Assembly (NCBI GenBank): GCA_051294375.1
Contig: JBJCIZ010000275.1
Location: 28,119 to 92,118, forward strand
Direction of reading: 5' to 3'
From: Paraspadella gotoi
Lineage: Eukaryota > Animalia > Chaetognatha
Length of the DNA stretch: 64,000 nucleotides
In this document: piece by piece, positions 51,905 through 64,000 of the stretch
Layout: each line of letters starts with the position of its first letter
Position numbering within the stretch: position 1 is the first letter of the stretch
The notes under the pieces: model-generated
What the model was told of the DNA's origin: nothing
What the model saw: the letters and a program-made list of their open reading frames with translations, nothing else
The model's database searches: none
Made by a program: the position numbers and the translations under genes

Positions 51905-52175
51905 GTGGAATGGGGTGTGTTTGTATGGATAGTTTGCAATTATTTGCAATTATTTGCAAAATGTTGGGTTTAAGAAAAGGGAAAGGAAAGGGATGGGGAA
52001 TGGAGAATGGAATGGAATGAAATGGAAAATGGGGAATGGGGTGTGTTTGTATGGATAGTTTGAAATTATTTGCAATTATTTGCAAATTGCTGGGTTTAAG
52101 AAAAGGGAAAGGGATGGAGAATGGAAAATGGAAAATGGGGAATGGGAATGGAAATTATTTGCAAATTGCTGAGTT
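51905..52175. repeat. Degenerate tandem repeat of about 125 bp, rich in GGAAT/GGAAA
   Basis: GAATGGGGTGTGTTTGTATGGATAGTTTG..AATTATTTGCAA occurs twice, plus a partial third unit. Confidence 0.7.
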
Positions 52176-53831
52176 TTTGCAAGTTCACTTGTTATATGGA
52201 GGGAAATGAAAAAAGTGAAGATTTTTTGCAAATCCACTTGTTATATAGTGGAAAATGAAAGATTTGCTTGTTATAAAATATGAGGGAAAGGTGGGAGAAG
52301 GAGGGTATTGCAGGATGGAGTAATATTGTAGGAGCTTCACATTCAATGCAAGAACAGGGGAGGGAAGGCGGGGAGCGAGATGAGATGGAAAAGGGAAGGA
52401 GGGGAAAGGAATTTGCGAAATGTTGGAGGCTCGTCGAAACGCGGGATTAATCCAAGTGGCGGCGAAAGTTAATCCAAGCGACGGCAAAGATTAATCCAAG
52501 CGGCGGCGAGAAAAAAGTCGATCCAAAAAAGAAAATCGGCGATCGGCGAAAAATTGGCGATGAGATCGATCAAAGTTTGGCGAAAAAGACGAAAAAAGGA
52601 AAACAATTTTGGTGAAGTCGGTAGAGCGTAGAGAAATGGTGAGAGGGAAGGGGTCAGGGAAAGAGGTCAGAGATCGGAAGGTCATAAAGGAAAGAGGGAA
52701 ATGGGTGAGAATTGCTATTGGTCAAGTTGTAAAGAAAAGAGGGAAATAGGTGAGATTTGTTGTTAGTAAAGTCCTGGTTTTGCCGTAAAAGGACAGGAGG
52801 CAGCAGGAGGTACTTGCTCCTGAGGATGAGGAGAAGGAGCGAGCGAGTTGAGAAGGAGAGGGACAGTTTGAACTGCACGCGATCTGAGGAGCGTTTTGAC
52901 TTTGGTTTATAATTAAAATCCTTTACTCGTTTGCTTCGTTACATTATAGCTGTTTAAGAATTAAATAACGAACATTGGAACTTCCTGTGTAATATATTTG
53001 GTTAAAGCGTTTACGATATTAAGTAAATTATTTTAGTATATTATTTTTGTTGGCCGACTTAGATGGGTCGACCAAGGGCTTTCTTTTTTTGTTACTGCAG
53101 AACAAGGAAAAAATATGTAGCTTGGGCGATTGTAACAAAAAAGAGAGCAAGCAAGGAAAAAGTATTTTTTTATTTTAAAAATTAATAAATGAATAATTAA
53201 ATAATATTATATATTTTAAAGTTAAACAGATGAAAAGGGGGTGAAGATTGCCTTTTTTTGCTTGTGTAATACAGTGTGTATTTTTTTTAAATAAGAATTA
53301 AGAAGGATCTAACTTAAGTTAGCAAGAAACTAGATATAATTTATTTTTTATAAAATATTAATAAAAAGAGATTAAAAAAGAGAAAATATTTTTGTACTAA
53401 ATAATATTAAATGTTTTATTATTATTATTGATAGTCTGTGTAATGAAGGAGAAGGAGAGCCTTGGAGGAAGAAAATAAGAAGTGTTAGAAAAATGTATTT
53501 TATATATGGTTTAAATTTTAAAAAAGAAAGAAGAAAAAAAAGAAAGATATTAAATAAATTGTTTTAATATTAAAAAATCTTATTGCCTTTATACTAATGG
53601 AAAAAAAATGTTTTAATCTTTGTCATCGATCGCCACTGCTCTTCTCTCCGCGGACAGCATTCTCTCTTATTGCGCATGGATGACGGGTCGATTCCCAAAA
53701 TATATACGCGCGTCTGCGCGTCGGGATCTGTGTACTAAATGCACCTACTTCTCATCCACAACTTCGTCAACGGTCCTCATTGTGGCCTGAAGCTACATCT
53801 TTATCTGAGAGTTGAACAATTGGGACTGTCA

Positions 53832-56800
53832 TAAGGGTAGTGAAAGTTATATCGAAAATTCTAAAAGTCAATTTTTGAAACACAGTACCAATCATTAATA
53901 TTGGAAAAAAAAAAAAATTTTAGTGTTTTTTAGGTCGGATCTGCTTATCAGCAGATCCGACTCATGAACTCCTTTTTATAACTCACTTTTTCGGTCCCGT
54001 CGGTGCCGCCCCCATGCAATATTGTCGGGCACACACTTATATCATGTCAGATACATCGAATTATGATAAATGTATGCAAAAAAAATGATGTCCGTCCGTC
54101 CGTCTGTCTGTCCGTCCGTCGTCTCGTCCGTCCGTCCGTCGTCGTCCCGTCGTCCGTCGCGTCCGTCCGTCCCGTCCGTCGTCCGTCCGTCCGTCCGTCC
54201 CACCTTAGCAAAAATAACACCAATTACTCGTGATTGGATGGATGGATTTAAAATGAAATTTTTTGTGTGTGGATAGGTAAGTGTCGTGATTGAGCTGGAT
54301 ATGAAAAGTTTCGATGGAGATCGTCCGAGTGGAAATGAGTTTTAATGGAAAAAAAAAAGAAAAATATGATTCACTTTTGAACACCAATTGCTCATGAGTG
54401 GATGGGTCTATTGACCCTGCAATTTGTATGTGGGCTAAGGAAGTGTGTGATTGAACAGGAAATCAAGTTTTCGATGGAATAGTTTGAGTGGAAATGAGTT
54501 TTAAATGGTAAAAAACAAAAAACCTGTTTTTACTAATTGATTATGCTTCTTTTTCCTTTTATATTAAATGTATCTGCAGGAATGTAATTAATAATCAAAT
54601 TAATTTAATCAGTTAATTAATCAATTTTAGTAAATAATTAATCAATAATTACTTAATTAGTCAATCAAATCCGTCCCATCCGTCCCATCTTAGCAAAAAA
54701 GCTCCAATAATCGTTGCTGTTGGATTTGGAATTAAATTTTGTGTGTGGGTAGGAAAGTGTGTGATAAAGCTGGATATAAAATTTCGATGGGAATCGTGTT
54801 GAGTGGGAAATTAGGTTAAATTGGAAAAAACATAAGCGAATTTACTAAAAATCTTTTTACTTATTTTAACCAATAATACTCCTAATTAATCATAATTGGT
54901 GAATAGATTGAGTGAAATTTTGTGTGTGGCGTAGCAAAACGTATGACGAAGGCTTGATATAAGTTCAGTGGAAACGTACCAGTGGAAATGAGTTTAAATG
55001 AAAAAATATGAGTCACATTTACTTGAATCTTTTTTATTTTAACCCAATGATGGAGGAAATTTTGTGAGGCCGTAGAGAAGTGAGTGAAGAAGCTAGATAT
55101 AAAGTTTTGACGGAATGCAAGTTTGAAATTATGCAAGGAAACGTATGGCACTATGCTATGTGACATAAATATTCCGCATAGAATAGGCATAGTGTTAAGA
55201 CACAATGATGCTTAAGACAGCTGATAGCGACGTCACTATTCTAGTAGAGAAGACGAGAGAAGAGAGAGAGAAAAGAGAGCAGAGGAGAGAGAGTGAGAAA
55301 AGAAAGAATGAGAGAGAGAGAGAGAAGGAACATAAATAAAAAAACTTAAAAGACTCAAGATCGAGCAGAGAGCCACTTATCAATAGCAAAATTAATGAAA
55401 ATAAAAACCCCGGGAAAAAAACGAATGAATCATGCGATAACGAATGTTGAGTGTACTAGTAATTGATTGAGGAATGACTAATTGATTGATGCTAAAGTAT
55501 TTTATTGATGTAATAGGTAATTGATTATTGATTCGATGATAAATGCAATTTATTTGATGCGATGATAGTCATTCAACTGCTGTGAGTGATAGTCCATTCA
55601 GTGATGCGATGATCTGTATTCATTGATGCGATGATTTTCATTTCCATTGATGCGATCGATAGTCGAAATAAAACAAACAAATGCGTTGTATTGAGTGAAG
55701 AAGAGAGAGAAGAGAGAGGAGAGAGGAGAGGAGAGAGAGAAGAGAGAGAAGAAAGAAAGAGAGAGAGAAAGAGAGAGGAGAGAGAGAAATGAAAGAGAAT
55801 AAATCCACGAAAATCTCGGTATGAAAATATGGGATTTTGTTATTGAAAAGAAAGACGCGGGAATAAATGTGCAATAGATAAAAAGTTTTTAGAAGGAAAA
55901 AAATTATCAGAATTTTTTTCAAAAAGAACAAACGATCACGCAAAAGATCGGACAATAGGGACAGAACACACAGAGAGACAGAGAGACACGAGAGAGAAGA
56001 GAAAAAGAAGAGAGAGAGAGAGACAGCCGCTGCAGAGCCAAAAGAGAGAAACGAGAAAGAGCGATTATATAATAATTAAAGAGAGTAGAGAAGAGAGAAG
56101 CTCTACAGCCCTTTTACTCGTTAAATCAGCAGTTAGCTTAGGCGCCGCAGAGCGTGAGCTATCTTCTACCCAAAGGACCCCGGGTTCCGGCCCTGTTCGC
56201 GCATCATTTTTTACATATAGTGAACCCACATTATAGTCTAAAAAATTTTTTTGTAAAAAAAAAGAAGAGAGAGAGAGAGAAGAAGAGAGAGGAGAGAGAG
56301 GAAAGAAGCTGGACAGACGCTGCAAGAGCCGGAACTCGTTTTAGAAGAAGCAGTGAGGAGAAAAAGAGAGAGAGAGAGAGCTACCATATAATAAAACGTT
56401 TTTGTTTTGTAAAATAAAACATAAACAAATCCAATATTTGATATGAACATTGAGAGATTTTTAAAGATCTTGATGATTAGAAGCCATATATGAAATTCAA
56501 CTCCTATGATATCACACTTCTGAAGCATGAATGCCAAAAAAAGCGAGACGAAAGCTAAACGCGAAAAAAAAATCTAGACAGGACGGGCTTTTGCCCGCCT
56601 GCTCGATAATAGAGTATATTGTTGTTTTGATAAAAATGTAAAACACCAACATTTAATAAACTGTCCTGACTCAATTTTAAGGATCATCGATGATGACAAA
56701 GACTGAATATAAATTATAATTAAATCTTATATTAATTATATTATTAATAATTAATTAATTAATCTAATAATTAATTATAATAATTAATTATTAATTATCG

Positions 56801-57321
56801 AGGCAGATCCGACATTGTTTGCTCAAACTTGTTTAATTTAACGCAGTAGGCTATATTTTATTTATAGTAACATCCTAATAAAATTAAAAATTTCATAATA
56901 GGCTTTTTCTACTTTTGATTGCAGATTGAATTCATCGTCAAAAGTTTAGAATTTATCAGAGTCGGGATCTGCTGAATCAAGCCAGATCCGACTAAAAAAG
57001 TTATTTTCAGTTTTAAAATAACTTTTCTCTAATTTTTTGACCCACTTCATGAAGGAATTTTTCAAAAAAAGTTATATTTCTTTCTTTCAACTTTTTATGA
57101 CAAATCCAATCGTGCAAAAACAATCTTAGAAAAAAACTGTTTTGAAATTTTAAACAGTTTATTGGTTTAGTACTAGTATAAATATGGCTACTGCGTAAAT
57201 TGTAAAATTTATTATAAATTTTTTTATACATAAATGTTCATAGTATAATGTTTTCGTTCCTCACTTTTAGAAAATTTTTAATTTTAAAGTTGAACTTAAG
57301 GAAATTTTAACTATGCGCTTA
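53832..57321. mobile_element. TIR MITE (TAAG..CTTA ends, 6-7-bp TSD) carrying a nested HINE; uninterrupted sibling at 61913-62524
   Basis: (A)CTGTCA flanks both ends. 53832-53930 plus 56835-57321 align to 61913-62524. Confidence 0.7.
53926..56834 (+). mobile_element. Full-length HINE/DINE-1-like element, copy C
   Basis: Same 5' hairpin, (GTCC)n, internal repeats and 3' GCAGATCCGACATTGTTTGCTCAAACTTGTTT as copy B; inserted in a T-run. Confidence 0.85.
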
Positions 57322-58519
57322 CTGTCAAGGGGCAAGTAAGACCTTCCACACTTCTTGATTTCCACGCTTTCTGCGACGTCTTTGTCTTCTACTGTGGAGT
57401 AGCACCATTGGAAGAGATGGAATAAGCTCCTTTTTGTCTAATTCGCTGTCTCGATTATACTGTCCGGATCCCTCATCTGATGAACACTCTTGCTTTGTCA
57501 CCACTGCCGACGGAAGGGCTGGTAGCCGGATCAGTGGAAGCATTTGCAAGGAAAAATATGCACACTCATTGTCATCACATATCTGGAGGCGGGTCCCGGC
57601 CCTGGAACATTTTTCAAATGTGAGATACATTCAACGCTTAGACATAGGTAGTCCCCTTTTCTTGCTGATTCAAGCAAACATTTTCTCCTTTTCATTCAAG
57701 AATCCTGCCTTGGGAGAAATCTCCTGTCATAAGTACGCATCTCCACTATCAATTCTGCTTGCCCATCGGCTCACAACTCAGCTGGGTTTTGCTCTGGGAT
57801 GTCTATAACAAATCTTTGGGAAGTCAAAACTCTCGCAGATAGATGAGTCTTCTCACCAAATGTCATTATCGACTTTGGGTACAGGTTAGCCCATTTCTCA
57901 AACTTGGACTATCAGTGATAATTAAGAAGAGGTCTTGCTTTGAAAAGATAACTATCTGTGAAACTGTTTCATAAAGAAGTCCAAAAAATCTTTAAAAAAG
58001 TTGGTAACTCTCTCCTTCTCTTTGCTGAATAAAGTCTTATTGAGTAACATAGAACAATGTATAGTTGCTTCTTGCTTTGTCCGCGCCTGCTGCAATTTCT
58101 GCTGTGGTAGGCTAAAGCTTTTGGCAGAAGTGACAAGAACGCCAATGGCATTGCTGAGAACATCTGTGGAAGGACAATCAGCTCATCTTCAAAGTTTGGT
58201 CTGAGGGGAACTCTCACTCTCCCAAGTTTTATCAAGAAGTACACCTTTTCGCTTTTCAAAATGCTGTTTTGTGGATTTTTTTTTTTTCCCCAAAAAGTTT
58301 TGGGCCTTGAACTTTGTCTTTCTTTTGCTAATCAACGCCAGATGGCCCAAGTGTCCTACACTCAGCATTAGAGTTGCCAAGCTAGGAACCAGAGAAAAAG
58401 GCAAGCTTAGAAACAGGTCGCTCTTGAGTCAGGAAAGATGACAACGACCAACAGCCGAGCGCGAGTCTCCGTGTCTCGCCAGCCACCCGACTCTTCCTCC
58501 TGCTTCCTCCTCCAGGCAC

Positions 58520-61500
58520 ACCGGGTTTGTGGAGCTGGCCATTTTTTCTCCAGCTCCAGCTCAACTCCAGCTCCGGCCAACAAAAATTATTTTTCAGCTC
58601 AAGCTCTAACTCCGGCTCCATCCTAAATTTTTTTTCCAGTCCGACTCCAGCTCCAGCTCCACTAAAATTTGAGACAAGCTCCAGCTCCGCGCTCCGGTCC
58701 CAGCTCCGACCCTTTAAAGTTTAGATGATTAATGTTGCTCTTATTTATTAGTCCTAATTTTATTATTTACTTTTATAACTTATTTATTTGCCTTATATTT
58801 AAATAAAGTAATAATTTAATTATTCCATGTATGAAAATCATTTAATAATATCATTTATTAATAATAATTAATGTATTTTTTTAATAATTAAATGTATGAG
58901 AACACGATTTGGTACTTAAAATGTAGACAAGGAGTATAAAGAGAGTATAGGAGAGAGTAAGAGCATAAACATTTACTCCCCCATATTTTAAGTCAATGTT
59001 TATTTATATAAAATAACGATTTATCGCTAAATTTTAGCTTTTACATTTTAAAATAATTGATTATTTATCAGGATTTTACTATCTGGTTTAAGGTCTAGTA
59101 TTGCAAAGAGTTATGCTGCATTGAGACTGTGTCATGTGATCACCTTTAGAGTGATTATGAAAAGTGGATACTTATGGCACTTTAAAGGTCTTTACCTAAC
59201 CTTACCTTACCATCTGACCACCGAGCCCAGCACATAAAAGGCGGCATAACAGTTAGAGGAAGGGGAAGTCTCACATCCAATGCAAGGAACAAGGACAAAC
59301 TTTAGCCCGCCTTGTCTAAGGCAAGAAGAGGGCAGCCGCAGACATATCAGGTCAGATGAAGTAGCCCAAGGCATTTTTCCAAGAGGTCATAAAGTCTGGG
59401 AACTCAAATCAAATGACCTATGACATGCCAATGACCCGGTCACATCGGTCACTTGCTTTCCTCTGTCCAGAAGGGGGGCCAGCTCTTTCTTCTTTAATTT
59501 TTACTAACGTCTCTTCTCTTATGTATTATTGTTACTTTTTACAATTTATTATTTAAAATGATAATGTTTGCAAACTTAAATTGTTAATATATATTAACTT
59601 ATCTCACTACTCTCTTTCTTTCTCCCTCACATCTTTAGAACTTATTCTTAACCTGTCTTTAACCTCCCACTGTCTTTTTCTTATTTTTTTGGAAACCTCT
59701 TCTCTCTCTCCCTTTACTTTTCACACACGCAAAACCTTATAATTTGTTCAAAAATATTCCAAATTGATATATTAATTTTTGCGTAATGCAAGACTTACAA
59801 TCTAAAGATTTAAAAACTTTCCTTTTTCTCCTTTTCAAAACTATAAATTTGTTGCATAAACAAAACAAGACGGTCTATTTCGCAATGTTTTGAGCCACAG
59901 TGACTTCTTTTCATGTGTATTCCATGTGATGACCATGATAGAAAATTTATTTAAAAAAGTTTTATGGTTTGATACACTACTGTGCAAAGTTCATTACAAA
60001 CAACAGACATTACAAGAAATTTACTGAGTTCGGGGTTCCAGCCTACACTATATGACAGTATGTGTCAACTGACTACATAAGTATGAAACACATGCACAAC
60101 GAAGCATTTAGTAATGACTTACCAGTCTGCCAAGTATTACCTAAAATAACTTTCTTAGCCCGTGTATTTTATGGCATGCAATATATTTATAGTACTTTTC
60201 TTTATAAATAAGAAAATTTCCAAATTAAATTTTTGTAATTTTATTATATTTCAGATTTTCGTAAAAATTAGACCAAAATATAAAACATGTTTTAATAAAT
60301 TTTTGGGTCTTCAAGCTGTCAAAATTTGAAAAAAAAGTGTCAAAATTCTCAAACATTTTTAACTCTCTGAAATAGTAACACAGTTTGTCCCAATGGTAAG
60401 CATCAGTTAACTTTTACATATTGTGCGGAACTTTGTTATTAAGATGTTATTTCTGAGATAAAATGTCAAAGATAAGTTCTTACCATTTATGATACTATAT
60501 TTCGAATTTAATTTTTTATAATTTTTTTCTTGCAGAACATTCATTTAAATGAGTCATCATTCTCACTTTTTGAATTTTTAGAATTAATTTTTTACTTTAA
60601 AATAAATTTTATTAAAAAAGTATGTAAAAAAAATTTTGAATAGTTATAAATATTTTCAATTTTAATTTGTATAAAATAAGTGCATTAATAAAAAATAAAC
60701 AAATATTAAAACAATAAAAAATTATCAAAATATTCTAATTAATTTGATATTTAAATTTTATTATTTTGAAGTTTGTGAGCGATTGAATCATTAAGCAGGA
60801 CAAATGTGTTGCCATTTATTCAATAAATATATTAATTAAATCAATTAAAAATGTAATATGAAAAGGTAAGTAGATAATTTTAAAAAATAATGATTTTGCA
60901 TTATAAAAGCTATGGAGCTAAAATATAAAAGCTGTTTCTACTGTTCCTGCACCTAAGAAAGAAGAAGATTTAAACATTATTTAATCATATCTATAAAAAA
61001 TATTTGATAAATAATAAAATATATAATTTAAAATTGTTTTTAAAAAAATCGCCTGGAAAAATATTTTACCAAATGCTTTAATGTAATAACTAAAGGTTGC
61101 TTTGTTCAATTTTAAAATTTGGGTATCCAATAAAATGGTCCATACTAAGTCCAATGATTTGGCTGAACGATTATGGACGTGAGGCGGTGTGAATATACTG
61201 CCACAGGCATCCCGGGGCCAAAGATCACTCAGGTTCTCAACGCCTGAGAGGTGTCTGACAAGACTGTTACCATAATTGGAGAGAGATGATAGAGCACGAG
61301 TTGTGGGGTGCATAGGAGTTTATCGTAGCGTACCCCAGGGGCAATAGGGGTTGTTCGTAAATGTACCAAAGTCAGCAGGGCATAGGGTTGCGTGTTTTGA
61401 TAGTAAGGCTCACCACTTATGGCAACAGCCGGTTTTCCTGTGATGCCCACTGGAGGGCCTTCGACCTTCACTGATGCATCCAGTCCACTGGCGCATGATA

Positions 61501-63704
61501 CCTAGGATGGTCTCGCTTTGCCAATGCATGAAGAAATCGTTAGGACTGTGGAAGAACACTTTGCTTGGGTGGTGTGTTTCCCCTCTGAACCAATGTGATT
61601 TGGCTGAACGATTGATGGACGTGAGGCGGTAGATTAATATTTTATATATTATTATATTATATAATAATATTCATGAATATACCGCCACAATAAAAATATT
61701 TTATAAAAGTTTTTTTATTTTTTTCTGACAATCCGAAAATTTATTAAAAAATCAATTTTAAATTTTTATTCTATAAAGAAAATACAATTTGCCTATACTG
61801 TTATGCTAAAGAATTTTTTTAAAATGCAGATTTTTTAAATTACATATACAAAAGCAGCAAAAATATATTTAACTCGCTAATGCTTTTGCACACTCCACAC
61901 TAACTTATACATTAAGTAGTGAAAGTGACATACGAAAATTCTAAAAGTCAATAATGAATAACATACCATTAGTAAACATTATTTGTAAAAAAATTAAGTT
62001 TTATGTTTTTAATTTTTGGAGTAGGCTATATTTATATATAGTACTATCCTTATAGAAATCGGAAAAATTTAAAAATAGTGCTTTTCTTATTTTTGATTGC
62101 AGATTTGAATTCCTCGTCAAAGTTGATAAAAGAAAAATAAAGTCATTTTTAAAAATTCTTTCATTAAGTGGTGTAAAATTAAAAAAACTATATTTTCAAT
62201 ATATAAAGTAATTTTCAGCTTAAAAATATAGCTTTTTCTAATTTTGACACCACTTAATGAAGGAATTTTTCAAAAAAAGAGTTATATTTATTTTTACAAC
62301 TTTTTATGACGAATCAAATCTGCAAAAAAATCTTTAAAAAAAACTGTTTTGAAATTTTAACATTATTGGTTTAGTACTTAGTAATAAATATGGCCTACTG
62401 CGTAAATTGTAATTTATTAAAAAATTTTTTATTACATAAAATGTTCATATAATATAATGTTGTTCGTTCTCACTTTTTAGAATTTTTCTAAGTTTAAATG
62501 TTAGAAATTTTACTTACGGCCTTACTTACATGTTCTAAAAACTTTATAGTTTCACTGTGACACTATGAAATAATCAGTCCTCAGCATATAAATGACGTAA
62601 TGACATTAACGATATCCGTGACCTAAACAATAATTCAAAGACATACAGCACGGAGAATGAACGTTTTAAACGATTATTGATTCAATAAATTTAATGAAAA
62701 TGTCCCAAATAGATGATGACCAATGACCCAATAAAAAATTGTATTGGCTTTGCTATAATATAATGATATATAGCTCAAAAAAGACGTATCGACTGATGTG
62801 ACCGTGATGCAACAAAATAAACCAATAACCAAACTTATTAAAGTACTGACATACTAACACACTAACATAAATGACATATGAATCTAAAGGACAAAACTGA
62901 TTTAAAAAATGATAATATGAACTTTGATCTAATAATTGACTTGGGTAAATTGACTAACGTAAAAAAGAACGTAAATAACTAATCACCAATGACTTAACCA
63001 TGACATAATTGACTTAAAGTTTAGTAAACTGACTGTCATGATTTTTTTTTTATTAATGTTCCATGAATTTAAAGTAAACTAAAAGTGAAGCGAATATATT
63101 ATAAAATAAACTAAAAGGTGTAAAAAATAAGTGGCATAAATAGTAATAAAATTGGGAAATTGAAATTGGAAATATGAAATTTAATTTAAGATAAATTAAC
63201 CCTAAAATGATGCACTTGTCTTAAAATACGTTTAATGTTAAATGTAATTTACATATACTTATCTTAAATAATTTGTAAATGTGTCACTATGAACAATTAA
63301 AAAAAAGGTTCATTTTAAAGGAAAAAATATTTACTAAGTCACGGCTTAATATTTAGATTATGCAAATGATGAATTATTTTTATAAATTTGGATTTGATTT
63401 CAAAACTATACTGAACAAACAGAGACACGTTTAATCAAGCTTTTTCTTCTGAAAAAAATATATATTATTTTTTCATTTTTATAAATTTATTATTTCCAAA
63501 AATTTTCTTGGAGCTGGAGTTGGAACTTTTTTTTGCCCGCTCCGACTCCAGCTCCAGCTTCCGGCAATATAAGTCTCAGCTCCAGCTCCAGCTCCGCCCG
63601 GTAGGAAATAGAATTCAGCTCCAGCTCCAGCTCCAGCTCCGGCCAAATATGCCAGCTCCCAGCAGCTCCGACTCCAGCTCCAGCTCGCAGCTCCCACATC
63701 CCTG
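58520..63704. mobile_element. 5.2-kb non-autonomous hAT-type element with (GGAGCT)n subterminal repeats and nested insertions
   Basis: Ends approximate CAGGGTTGTGGAGCT / AGCTCCCACATCCCTG. Perfect 8-bp TSD CCAGGCAC (58512-58519, 63705-63712). No transposase recognised. Confidence 0.8.
61155..61689 (-). mobile_element. Possible micro-LTR/TRIM-like element with direct repeats of 50-95 bp
   Basis: TG..CA-bounded repeats at 61155-61205 and 61594-61689. On the minus strand TGGTTCAGAGGGG follows the upstream repeat (loosely PBS-like). No clear PPT or TSD. Confidence 0.4.
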
Positions 63705-64000
63705 CCAGGCACCCCAGAGGTCGAAGGTCTACCCAGATTTTCACTTCTCCGTCTTTCTCGATTTCTCTCCTCTCTCTCTCTACTCCTCCTTTCTTTCTTA
63801 CACCGTTTTGTACCTTTTTTTGGCCTTCTCTTTAGTACATATACTCTCAACACTTTCCGTCTCTCCTTTACGACTTCCTTAGTTTAGCCAGAGATACCAA
63901 GCCCCATCCAGATAGAGGGCGCCCAATCTGCTGCTCTTTACACTACCACTAAGAAAATCCCCAAACATTTTCCTCTAACCCCTGAGCTGCAACAACCCAC

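Noticed and set aside
59180-59480. SINE or additional ribozyme
   Set aside because: Has an (AGGTA)n-like tail on the minus strand, but no convincing A/B boxes, twister core or hammerhead core could be assigned.
63479-63882. (ELEL)/(AGAG)/(WSWS) ORFs, also at 40634 and 58382
   Set aside because: Translations of the GGAGCT subterminal repeats of the hAT-type element.

Overview
AT-rich, repeat-saturated eukaryotic DNA (probably an invertebrate animal) from a noisy long-read gap-filled assembly. Two apparent tandem duplications (about 6.9-14.4 kb = 14.4-22.6 kb, and 28.7-33.7 kb = 33.8-38.9 kb) meet at exactly 25-N gaps and are probably assembly artefacts. The only long intact coding region is a minus-strand exon of about 750 codons (43294-45543) encoding a Cys-rich furin-like/GCC2-GCC3-repeat protein. 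The rest is nested mobile DNA: Helentron-associated (DINE-1/HINE-like) elements, an internally deleted BEL/Pao element, a decayed CsRn1-clade Gypsy element, solo LTRs, hAT- and Tc1-type MITEs, a Penelope-like inverted repeat carrying minimal hammerhead ribozymes, and a DEDDy exonuclease pseudogene. The main finding is two sequence-unrelated families of short LTRs (24.5-25.1 kb; and 32.1, 37.3, 42.2 and 47.0 kb). In both, a tRNA-like Pol III head is followed directly by a circularly permuted (type-P5) twister ribozyme, and the T1 pseudoknot covaries between the families. One family is arranged as an LTR-PBS-PPT-LTR TRIM, which suggests a twister-based, tRNA-promoter 'retrozyme'-like system. All structures and translations were read by eye; nothing was searched or computed.
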